This document shows, piece after piece, positions 13,814-24,759 of a stretch of 64,000 bases of DNA; position 1 is the first letter of the stretch, and every line of letters begins with the position of its first letter. The stretch is from positions 94,767,036-94,831,035 of the forward strand of contig NC_068987.1 of the NCBI RefSeq assembly GCF_001194135.2. Reading direction: 5' to 3'. The DNA comes from Octopus bimaculoides (lineage: Eukaryota). The translations under genes were made by a program, and so were the position numbers. Under the pieces are notes generated by a model. The model was not told the origin of the DNA. It saw nothing but the letters and a program-made list of their open reading frames with translations, and did no database searches.

Positions 13814-13945
13814 ATATTGGTTTCAAATTTTGGCACAAGGCCAGCAATTTCAGGGGAGGGGTTTAAGCTGATTACATTGACTTCAACACATAACTGGTAC
13901 TTATTTTATTAACCTCAAAAAGATGAAAGTTTGAGTTGACTTTGG
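13814..13945 (-). mobile_element. 5'-truncated family B SINE with 13-bp target-site duplication
   Basis: Reverse complement of the 3' half of the 44638 and 63469 element. Flanked by the exact direct repeat accaagttgagta at 13801-13813 and 13946-13958. Confidence 0.75.
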
Positions 13946-14498
13946 ACCAAGTTGAGTATTATAATTAAAGAGATGGTGGTGGTGGTGGTGTAATATTGGT
14001 TTTGTGCAAACTGTTTTTAGGAGTGGAAATATTAGCTGTAGATACAGTTTACACTTGAAAATCCTTTGGGTAGAGGGGTGGAATTACTCTGTTGTTGATT
14101 TTTGTCCGTAAGTCCGAAATAACCATTCATGCTTTTCTTGTTGTTACGTCCCAGAACATCTCTTAGACACATGATAAAAAATTTACAAGACATGACTATC
14201 TTGTCTTTTTTTGTGTGTGGCATTGCATTATCTGACGAATTCTTCCTTATAAGATGATTGTGTGTTACATGAGGGAAATTCTATTATTTTTAACAAGCCA
14301 CATCGAGGTTCAGTTGTTGTAGGGTTTTAGACTGGTGATAGAAGGAAAATGGAGAAAATACCAGGTGATGGTTAGTTATATTCCCTTCTCTTGTGAACTG
14401 AAATGTCTCCAAAGTTGAATTTACTTTGACAAAATAAATACCTTTCTTCAAAATAATTAGTATTGAGCATATTTTAAAACAATCTCCCAACAAATACA

Positions 14499-14549
<51 letters not shown>

Positions 14550-14636
14550 TCTCTCATGCATACACTGTACCACACATGCACAGATACCTGGCTTGCAAAT
14601 GATAAGCAGGCTGCTTTTAATCAATTCGTTTTACAG

Positions 14637-14666
14637 ACCTGTGGCAGCAGTTATATCAGAATTTAG
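14637..14666 (+). CDS. TENM: Candidate alternative 30-nt teneurin microexon (inserts R-PVAAVISEF before Ser) at the NHL B-site junction
   Basis: Sequence ctgcttttaatcaattcgttttacag|acctgtggcagcagttatatcagaatttag|gtaaat. The segment is 30 nt, phase 2-2, stop-free, ends in AG and fits between exons 5 and 6 in frame. No transcript evidence was available. Confidence 0.6.
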   Translation, partial: TCGSSYIRI

Positions 14667-15289
14667 GTAAATGCAACCTTTGATCTAGTAGTAATCACCA
14701 TGCTTGTTATTTAGGTAATCACTGTGTCTGTATACATATTAAAACTGACTAATTACTATAAATCCCATTTTAGTACAAATAGCTGCATGACATCCTCTGA
14801 ATCAAGAATAGTCTAGCACTAAGCATGGAGATATATTGTGTGCAGAGCTGAGAGTGAATGAAGATATTAGTCTGACTCGGTCTCTGAATCGACTGACGTT
14901 ACCTACTTGCTATGACAGTGTGATCAAGTTTGTGAAATGTTAATAATTTTGTCAGGCCTAGAAATGTAGAGGCAAGAGAGTATAGCTTATTGAAATCATA
15001 TCCTGCTCCACTGCAATACTTTCTCCTGAGATGAAAATCAAAAATTTGATTCGACCGAATTTTAATACAGAGCTAAATTCCCAAACAGCAAAATCCAGTG
15101 TTCTCCTATTTCTCTTCACTTGTATTATGCAGTGAGTAGAGATACATGTTTTACAATTTCTCTTCTAATGTTGAATAAATTCAGTTATGAGGACCAGGTC
15201 ATCATCAACATCATAAGTAGCTGTCTGAAACTTGTTATGGCCTGGATAAATATACTAAAGCATTAAACAGCTGGGAGCTGAGAAAGCAA

Positions 15290-15880
15290 CCCTTATGGAC
15301 GCTTCCTGGCCATGTGAAATTCTTTGTTGAACTTCTTGCTAACTATCTGCTTGCTAATAGCTTTCCTGTATGTAACATGTACAAGCTCTCACAAGCCTAT
15401 TTTTCTTAGTAATCACATTGAAGTTACTTGTCAAAGAATTTCATCTCCAAATCAACGAACGCTGGGTATAATGGTTTATTCTTAGCTAAGAATTTGTCCT
15501 GTAACTTTCTCACTAGAAACAAGGCAGCAGAGGCACCCAGTCCTGGTAAAAACCAGAACTGCATTTCATCTAATTCTCTTCCTAATCAATTATGCTATAA
15601 CACTTGCTCTTACTTTTATAAGCTGCTAAATTAATTCGACACCCTGCTTGTTGTTTCTTTCAAGCATCTCTCACCTGATGAGGATACTACTGCCTTGCCA
15701 ATCATTGGGTACAACAACTTCGTCTTACAATTACATAACTGTGTTTGAGTGATCAGCATCTCTTCTCTGGTTGTACTTGATTAGTTCAGCATCTTACTGA
15801 CTCTCCTTAATGGTCCAACTTCCTTCCCAGACTTCATAGCCTTCATCAAGTTTTTAACTATATAACCATTATCTCCAATA
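15290..15880 (-). mobile_element. Degenerate RTE LINE reverse-transcriptase fragment
   Basis: Minus-strand translation with frameshifts and stops gives AMKSGKEVGP...VVVPNDWQGS...LIRKRIR...QDKFLAKNKPLYPAFVDLE, matching the RTE RT motifs QEKYLAKNKPLYxAFVDLEKAFD. Confidence 0.7.
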
Positions 15881-16131
15881 GCTGACCCTTAAGCTGATTT
15901 AGCATGAAGGTAGAAGTCCATCAAGGTTCAATCCTCAGTACTTTTCTATTCATTATAGTTCCACAAGACATCGCAGAGGAGTTTAGAGCAGGTTGTATAT
16001 TTACCCCAAGACTTAGAAACCAAGTCAAAGCAGAGAGTAGAGTTTGATGCAGTTCTTTGGCTTTGACGGCTCCTGTCACACTGTCCAACCCATACCAGCA
16101 TGAAAAACTGCCATTCAATGATCAATATATA

Positions 16132-16167
<36 letters not shown>

Positions 16168-16289
16168 TTTGTTTCTGCTTATGCATGTATGTGTGTCTGT
16201 GTAAATGTGTGATATAATGTATATATGTTTGAAAGTATGTTTATGTATTTGTCCACTGGTTCACTGATAATTAATGTTTTATTTTGCAG

Positions 16290-16525
16290 CACATCATCCA
16301 TAGCCTATAAATATTACATGACTGTGAGTCCTGTTGATGGCCGCCTCTACATATCAGACTCTATGAGTCATAAGATTCTGCGAGTAAAGACAATGGGTCC
16401 AGTACGACGCCTTGAAGAAAACTTTGAAGTCATTGCTGGTAATGGGGAAGAATGTACACCTGGGGAGACTGCTCTCTGCGGGGATGGAAGCTTGGCTGTG
16501 AAAGCTCGCTTAAGTCATCCTAAAG
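16290..16525 (+). CDS. TENM: Teneurin coding exon 6 (NHL)
   Basis: Acceptor ttttgcag|, donor |gtagga. Peptide (S)TSSIAYKYYMTVSPVDGRLYISDSMSHKILRV...AGNGEECTPGETALCGDGSLAVKARLSHPK(G) contains the CxPxxxxxCGDG motif. Confidence 0.97.
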
Positions 16526-16614
16526 GTAGGATTGTAATACATGTTACCTCACATTGCTTTTAATGGACACTTAATAAAACCATATTGGCAAAACTATATA
16601 TATTCCCAATCACA

Positions 16615-16980
16615 TGACTGGGAGTTTAAGTCCCCTGTGTGGCACTTTGGGCAAATGTCTTCTTTTATAGCCTGAGGACGACTGAAGCCTTGTGCATCAT
16701 GGATTTGGTAGAAAGAAGCCTATTGTATATGTGCATGTGTGTGTGTGTGTGTGTATGTGTGTATGTGTGTGTGTGTGTATGTGTGTGTGTGTATGTGTGT
16801 GTATGTGTGTGTGTGTGCATGTGTGTGTGTTTGTCCTTGAACACTACTTGACAACTGGTGTTGGTGTGTTTATGTCCCTGTAACCTAGTGGTTCAGCAAA
16901 AGGGACTGATAGAATAAGTACTGTGGTTGATCTATTTGACTTAAATACCTCAAAACGTTGCCCCAGTATGGCCCCAGTTA
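16615..16980 (+). mobile_element. tRNA-headed SINE with internal (GT)n, family C
   Basis: Head gtttaagtcccctgtgtggcactttgggcaaatgtcttcttttatagcc, then (TG)n, then a non-repetitive tail. The head is shared with 23217, 27170 and 52290. Boundaries are approximate. Confidence 0.6.
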
Positions 16981-17403
16981 CACAACTGGTAACTCTCAGG
17001 CATGTTTTCATGGAAGACTTTAAAGCTTGTTAAGAACCATCATGTGATGTCAAGACAAAGACACACAGACATTCATGCACACATGATCACACACACACAC
17101 AGAAATAGAATGGAATGATAAGTAATTGCTTATGGGAAGCAATAAAAATGTAAGCGGCTGGGGATATTCAGTTCCCTGTTTTTTAATTAAACCTTAATGT
17201 AGGAACTACTACTATGTGGTTTACCATAAATACCGAGTGCTTTATCATATTTTTCAACATTCCCAGGTAACTGATTTCACCTCAGCACAATGCAACATTG
17301 CATTGTCTGAATTTTACCATAGTTTTTTTTTTTTTTAATGATTATCTCTTCTGGTGTCAGCTGTAATAATTTATTTTGATTATGTTTTCTTCCTTTCATC
17401 CAG

Positions 17404-17561
17404 GTATTGCAATCAACAAAGATGGTGTCATCTACTTTGCTGATGGTCCCAATATTCGCCATGTCAGTACCAATGGCCGCATCAGCACTCTGATTGGTTC
17501 TCAAGAACTGGTTGGTAAATGGACACCATTGCCATGTGATGAAATTGTATCTGCCGACAAG
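17404..17561 (+). CDS. TENM: Teneurin coding exon 7 (NHL)
   Basis: Acceptor catccag|, donor |gtaaat. Peptide GIAINKDGVIYFADGPNIRHVSTNGRISTLIGSQELVGKWTPLPCDEIVSADK. Confidence 0.96.
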
Positions 17562-17779
17562 GTAAATATTGCTCACTTCATTTCTTTCTTCATATTGCAT
17601 AATTATCTAGAAAACTTTATATCTATTTTGAGTTACTCGCTATGTATATATATATATATATGTGTGTGTCTGTGTGTGTACTACGAAACCTCTATAAACT
17701 AGAAACTGTTGAAGAAGTAATACCTTTACCAGAACTGGAATGTTTATGAAACACAATCATGCAATATCTTTGTATTTCA

Positions 17780-17995
17780 TCATCGTCTCATCATCCTCAT
17801 AATTTAATGTCCATTGTCCATGCTAGTGGCATGTGTTGACTGGATCAACAGGATCTGCTAAACCAGAGGACTCCACCAAATTTCAGTGTCTGTTTTGGTA
17901 TGGTTTCTGTAGCTGGATGCTCTTCCTATCACCAACCATTTCACAGAGTGCACTGAGTGCTTTTTATGTGGCACCAGCACTAGTGAGGCCACCAA
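17780..17995 (-). mobile_element. Family A SINE/RTE tail copy
   Basis: catcatc...aatgtccattgtccatgctag...ggtttctgtagctggatgctcttcctatcaccaaccatt...gcactgagtgc. Confidence 0.7.
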
Positions 17996-18779
17996 ATAAC
18001 TTGCAAGATAAGACCTACAACTGTGGAGGTGTAGTGTTGAGGGAGGTGGTTTAATGCCAGGTGAGGAAATGTTTAAGTATGGCAGAGCATCAGAAACGTG
18101 TGTTGCTGTAGTGTGGATACATGGCTACCCCAGTTAGAAAAGAGAAACGTGGCAAAATTGTGACAGGAGGATGGATAGAAGAGAATTAGTTTAAAGGAAA
18201 GGACAGAGTGAGTGGGTAGGTAAGTAAATTCAGTTGTTGAGAGTTTACGTACCTCCAGCCAACAAGTCTGATGAGTTGCTTATACAGCTAAGTGCTTTAC
18301 ATGTGCGAAAGCAACGGTCACTCACAGACAGCCATAACAAACCACCATATAAATATACATAAATATACAGATATACATACACCTGCACACACATATTGAT
18401 CAAGGGGATAAATATAATCATGGTAATCATTTCATCAGCGTATTATGCCGGATCTTAGCTTAGTATAGTATTCCAATAATCAAAGGGAGATTAGTGAAAC
18501 TCCAACTAATTAGAAAGGGGAGCACTTTGAAATTCCAACTAAAGACCCAGTAGGTATAATATACACTTTGCAGAGTGTATAAAAATAAAAGTAATTTAAG
18601 CAAGGAAAGAGTAAATGAAACTGAGACTTCGTTTGATTACAGAAACAAACATAACAGTGATTCTGCTGCTTCTTTCCTCACTTTCATTACTATAATGTCA
18701 TCTCTGGCTGGCCATCATGCATCAGCTTTGGCTGTTCTTGCTCAGGAATTATCTCTCGTAGGCTTACATACGGGCTCTA

Positions 18780-19290
18780 AAGCCAGTTCTTGATCTGCAG
18801 CTGCAACGGCATCTTCTGCAGGTGGAGCTACTTGATGCAACGGAGAAGTGATGCCTCTCATGGGCTCTTTCATATTTTCTCTGTTGTTTCTCTTCAATGG
18901 GTGGAATTATGTTCTTCAGTGATTGGTGCTATTCATCGTGCTGCAGGGCCTCTTCTCCCTGGAGTCTGGGGAGGTGCCGGTGTTCTTCAAATGTCTTTTC
19001 AGCACATCCCTGTATTACAATATCTGGCCACCACGGCCCCACCTGCCCTGATGCACTTCAGCATAGCAAACTGCCTTTTGGAGTCTGCCACCCTCCATCC
19101 TGCAAACTTGCTCTACCCAGTGAAGTTGCAATGAGGTAATGAGGGCATCCACACTAACTGCACTAGTGCAGTGCAGGACCTCGATTTCAGGAATGCAATC
19201 CTGCCATTTGATATGCAAGATGAAATGCAGATGATGAAGCTGGACTCATTGATGTGCCTGCAGTAGAAGGCCAAGTATTCCATGGCATAG
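18780..19290 (-). mobile_element. RTE-BovB-like LINE 3' fragment, distinct from family A
   Basis: Peptide HIKWQDCIPEIEVLH...DALITSLQLHWVEQVCRMEGGRLQKAVCYAEVHQGRWGRGGQIL resembles the RTE/BovB C-terminus IxWQDxxxNxEVL...QLRWxGHVxRMxxxRLPKxxxYGEL. Confidence 0.75.
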
Positions 19291-19738
19291 AGGAGACACC
19301 CATACACACATATAGAATTGGCCACAAGTTTTTTGGTCATGCTAGGGCTACAGTAGCTAACATTTGCTGTGGGACTGGCCCTCTCGCCAATATGATTGGG
19401 AATGACTTTCTTAACCACACAACACCACACACACACACACACACACACATATAGATATAAATCTTGAATGCGATAGCTGTGAAAACAGAAAATTCAATAG
19501 AATACTCTTACAGATGGAAAGTACCACGTTCGATTCTTTGTAGTGACTGCTGTCCACCTTTTTCCCATCTCTTGGGGTATTTTACCCAATTTGCTGTTTT
19601 TACAGCTATTCTCTTGCACTCAACATTTCCTTCATCTCTAAAAGCATCTACTAACTTGATGCGTCAATGTTTGTTTATAAAAAGCAGTCATATGCATATA
19701 TATATATGTAATATATACACATACACATATATTCATAC

Positions 19739-19828
<90 letters not shown>

Positions 19829-19886
19829 CTATTTGTGTTATTGTTGCTGCTAATTTGTTGACTTGACCTTATTCTTTTATTTTCAG

Positions 19887-20961
19887 GTGAGCCTTCGTTG
19901 GCCAACTGCTTTGGCCATTGACCCTCTGGATGATACGCTTCACATTCTCGACAACAAGGTGGTGCTGAAATTCACCTTGGACAAGAAGCTCATTGTTGTT
20001 GCTGGTCGACAAGCGCACTGTCCATTAAAACAGACAAGCTTCTTACCAACTGGCATCCTCTCTGATGACGAGCAGGCCTCAAGTATTGCCAATCATGTTA
20101 GTCTATCTTCTCCTGAAAGTATGACATTCAGTCCCCACGGAGACTTGTATATTGTAGAGAGTGACAGTCACCAAATCAACAGAGTGAGGGTTGTTACAAC
20201 TGATGGAAGAATTCATCATTTTGCAGGAGCAAAATCAAAATGTGACTGTGAAAAACCAAACTGTAAATGCTATGATTCCAAAGAAACTCTGGCAGCTCAA
20301 GCGTTGCTGTACACACCAACATCAATAACAGTTACACCCGATGGCGTGATGCATATAGCTGACATGGGGAATTTGCGCTTGTATTCTATTGTTTCTGAAC
20401 TTCCTCAACCTAACTTGCTCAATCAATATGAAGTGATGTCTCCTGAAACTCAAGAATTGTATATATTTAACAAGAACGGTCAGCACCAGTATTCAATAAA
20501 CATAATGACCAATCTATTCATGTACAACTACACATACAGTGTCAACTCCTTCTATGGAAAACTGGTAGAAGTGTCTGATGCAGCTGGCAACCGCATCCAA
20601 ATTAAACGCAGCTTTGACTTGCAAGCACAGTTCATTTTGGCACCAGATGGTTCAAAATGCAAGATCAACACAGACAACATTTACCTGCTGCACCGTTTTA
20701 TTGCACCTGACAACAAATCATCCACATTCAAATATCTCCCAAGCTCAGGACTGCTGGTTTCCAAGCACATGTCCAATGGGAAAACCTACTTTTATGAGTA
20801 CGACATGATGGGACGACTCCTGAAAGGGAGCCAGCCAACTGGAGAGATTACTTCATTGGAGACAGATGTGAACACAACAGGTTCCATTGTGCATGTAACT
20901 ACTGATAGCAGTGATGCAGTCGCGTTGGCTACCTATGGACGTGTGCAGTCTGTTTTGCATG
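19887..20961 (+). CDS. TENM: Teneurin coding exon 8 (end of NHL, start of YD-repeat shell); 3' boundary at a probable GC donor
   Basis: Acceptor ttttcag|. Peptide VSLRWPTALAIDPLDDTLHILD...CDCEKPNCKC...YFYEYDMMGRLLKGSQPTGE...VQSVLH(G). Teneurin-like sequence and composition end at catg|gcaagt (20962). The start is firm; the end is inferred. Confidence 0.92.
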
Positions 20962-22143
20962 GCAAGTTGGCAGCTTTTTTTACGTTTCTCTGCCCCACTT
21001 TCAAATTTCCATTACCTCCCCCATCAAATCCTGTAGGCAATCCCAACCTTTTCTTTCTACAATCTACCCAAAAGCATAATATGCAATTCCTTTTTTTAAA
21101 TAGTACTCGAATTTGTATGCTATTTTTTTACTACTACAAGTATTTAATTGCTTCCCAAAGAATTTCTTTTATACATTTTACAAATCAATAACAAAGTATT
21201 TCTCCTTTCTTATGTTTTTGAGGTATTCAGCTGTTCTGCAACTCCAACATGTTTTTACTGAGATGAGTTTTACAGGAGATGAATCAACATAAGATGTAAA
21301 TCCCAAACCAAAGCACAGTCAATATTGCAACATAAACAAACACAGCTATTAGTCACATGTCTATCAAAGGCACACACATGCATACACACAAACATACATA
21401 CTCACATATTTATGCACAGCCTATACACCATATTTGCTGGCATATAATGCACACATTTTAAACTAATTAATGAATCAAAAACTTACCCTGCATCTAATGC
21501 AGCTGTATTTTAGATGGGAGACCAAATGTCAAAGGCTAGAGAGTTGGATAAGCAGAAGTGCCACTAATAATGAAATCTTGAAAACAAGTCAGAATATTAG
21601 AGTTTGTCATCAGAAACTTAGGACAAATTGTTTACAGTCAGCAGTAAAGTGGAGTTGATTATCTAAATGAAAATTGTTCTAGAAAGATGAAAGGAATATT
21701 AAATTTTCATTTGTTTGTCAGTTATTCGCCATGACTGGATGACAACAAAAACATAGCAGTGGCGTACCACTCCAGTAGTCAGTTGCAGCTACACAAAAAT
21801 ATCATAGCCAAAACTAAAAGTTTTACATCCTGTATGGAAATTGTCTTGACAATAATGTAAGCAATTATACAGGTGGAATATAGTTCTCATTTAACTCACT
21901 TTATTCATGGTTTCATACTTTATTCCAGTTTTCTGTCAGAGCATTGAACTTATATGCACAGAATCACATGTTTTCCTCTTCAAAACCATGTTAAAATATC
22001 TTTCAATAGGTGTATGATGAAACATACTAAATTTGTTTTTTCTGCAAAATATATATGTAAAATAGGGGTGTATCTGATGCAAGAGAATGTCTTATATGCT
22101 GGCAAATATGGTAATACCTATAGGTATGTGTAGATGCATGTAG

Positions 22144-22175
<32 letters not shown>

Positions 22176-22856
22176 NNNNNNNNNNNNNNNNNNNNNNNNN
22201 NNNNNNNNNNNNNNNNNNNNNNNNNNNNNNNNNNNNNNNNNNNNNNNNNNNNNNNNNNNNNNNNNNNNNNNNNNNNNNNNNNNNNNNNNNNNNNNNNNNN
22301 NNNNNNNNNNNNNNNNNNNNNNNNNNNNNNNNNNNNNNNNNNNNNNNNNNNNNNNNNNNNNNNNNNNNNNNNNNNNNNNNNNNNNNNNNNNNNNNNNNNN
22401 NNNNNNNNNNNNNNNNNNNNNNNNNNNNNNNNNNNNNNNNNNNNNNNNNNNNNNNNNNNNNNNNNNNNNNNNNNNNNNNNNNNNNNNNNNNNNNNNNNNN
22501 NNNNNNNNNNNNNNNNNNNNNNNNNNNNNNNNNNNNNNNNNNNNNNNNNNNNNNNNNNNNNNNNNNNNNNNNNNNNNNNNNNNNNNNNNNNNNNNNNNNN
22601 NNNNNNNNNNNNNNNNNNNNNNNNNNNNNNNNNNNNNNNNNNNNNNNNNNNNNNNNNNNNNNNNNNNNNNNNNNNNNNNNNNNNNNNNNNNNNNNNNNNN
22701 NNNNNNNNNNNNNNNNNNNNNNNNNNNNNNNNNNNNNNNNNNNNNNNNNNNNNNNNNNNNNNNNNNNNNNNNNNNNNNNNNNNNNNNNNNNNNNNNNNNN
22801 NNNNNNNNNNNNNNNNNNNNNNNNNNNNNNNNNNNNNNNNNNNNNNNNNNNNNNNN
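22176..22856. other. Assembly gap (N run) flanked by (TA)n
   Basis: N run seen directly. Other gaps: 11306-11499, 33696-33965, 38370-39093, 48602-48831, 50820-51030, 55929-56273, 60463-60677, plus several short ones. Most abut microsatellites. Confidence 0.99.
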
Positions 22857-22893
<37 letters not shown>

Positions 22894-22958
22894 TACTGCT
22901 TGTATATATATATGTATTTGCATATACGTGTATGTATATATATATGTATATACATACA

Positions 22959-22997
<39 letters not shown>

Positions 22998-23216
22998 CTA
23001 TATGTGTGTGTGTGTGTGTGTATAGATATATATATATAGATATACGTGTTTATATAGTTATATAGATATATGTATATATATGTGTATATGTATACAGATA
23101 TATATATATGTATATACATATATATATATGTGTGTGTATATATATATACAAATATATATGTTTATATACATAATATATATTCCCATATTTGTGTAAGCAT
23201 TGATATTATAGACAAA

Positions 23217-23366
23217 GGCATGGGTGTGACTGTGTGGTGGAGAAGCTTGCTTCTCAACCATTTTGTCTTGGGTTCAGTCCTGCCATGAGCTATTTTGGGC
23301 AAGTAAGTGCCTTCTACTACACCCTCAGGGAAGCCAAAGTCTTGTGACAAAATTTTGCTGATGGTT

Positions 23367-23403
<37 letters not shown>

Positions 23404-23640
23404 CATACCTTTGTTTTGACACCTCATAATAGTTGTAAATGATCATGACCATCATACAGGGGATATTGTTTGTTTCCACTCTTCCATGAAGATCATGTCT
23501 TGAGATGGGAAATATGTCCTTGCATGGAAACAGGCAAGGGCTGGCAAGAGAAAGAATATCACGCCATAGAAAATCTGCCTCAACAAATTCCATTCAACCC
23601 ATGTAAGCATAGGAAACAGGTGTTAAGTCAATGATGATCA
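23217..23640 (+). mobile_element. Composite family C SINE: tRNA-like head, (GT)n, RTE-like tail
   Basis: Head ggcatgggtgtgactgtgtggtggagaagcttgcttctcaacc...gggttcagtcc, then (TG)n at about 23365-23397, then tail ...ccattcaacccatgtaagcataggaaacaggtgttaag plus gatgat. Confidence 0.7.
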
Positions 23641-23642
23641 TT

Positions 23643-23675
<33 letters not shown>

Positions 23676-24240
23676 ATATATATATATATATATATTTATA
23701 TATTTGTATATATGTTTGTGTAGGTGTATGTGTAATGTTCAAAAGCTCCTTGTGGTTAGTTTAGATGTGCAGAAAAATGTGGCTGTGACAAGTCCTTTCA
23801 GGGCCGAATTTAGCAATCACCAGCCATCCTTTAATATTCAAGAGTGACACACAGTGTCACAGTCATGGCTTGGAATATGTGGACATTGAAGGAAAATGAC
23901 ATGGATTGTATGAAGTGAAGAATCCTGGAGAAGAGCAAGCCTTATTTTAGGAGTAGCAGCAAGTACAGGCTATGCCCAGTCAAAACATTTCCCCACATAG
24001 ACATCTGCCTCAACTGCAAAAGCAAAATTCATTGCTCTCTCTCTCTTTCTCTCTCTCTCTCTTTCTCACACACATACACACACACACACACACACGTGTG
24101 TATAACATATACTTCTATATAGTGATATGAATATATATATAATGTATAATGCATATATATATATGTGTGTGTGTGTATATGTATACAAGCAAATATATAT
24201 ATTAACAAATGAATATATAACATACACTTTTATATATTGT

Positions 24241-24315
<75 letters not shown>

Positions 24316-24759
24316 ACACACACACACACACACACACACATGCACATACATATATGTATCATCACGATCATCATCAACATCTAATGTCTGTTTTCCATGC
24401 AGACATGGGTTGGACAGCTCAGCAGGAACTAGCAAGGTCAGGGGCCGCATCTGGTTCCATAGTCTATTTTGGGCTGTTTTCTACAGCTAGATGCCCCTCC
24501 AAACAAGGATGCGTTTTACATGGCCTCAGCACCCACACTAACGACTTTTATGTAGCACTTTGGTCTTAGGATTTGAATTTTGTTGTGGGGTACAAGTCTT
24601 CTTAAGTATAACATTTCCCCACATATGCCAGTCCTTTGTCATCTCCTTTGTAGTGCTCGATGTTTTGAGATCAACCTTCAGAACTTCATCCTATGTCTTC
24701 CTAGGTCTCCCTCTTCCACAACACCCTCCACTTTAAGTTATCACCCTGGCAACTTCTAT

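Noticed and set aside
14637-14714. 78-nt version of the microexon using the second donor as a coding exon
   Set aside because: It contains an in-frame TAA at 14668-14670, so it could not encode full-length protein.
20962-21191. C-terminal 76 aa of the 442-aa ORF 19863-21191
   Set aside because: Read-through into the intron. Teneurin similarity stops at VLHG, composition turns T-rich and low-complexity, and a GCAAGT donor lies at the break. I saw no canonical polyA signal nearby to support a terminal exon.
22092-23119. Long ORFs rich in X, YI, HT or CV here and at 11132-11883, 38223-39127, 48540-48963, 50531-51249, 55773-56420 and 60420-61063
   Set aside because: Artefacts of N gaps and (TA)n/(CA)n microsatellites, which lack stop codons in some frames.
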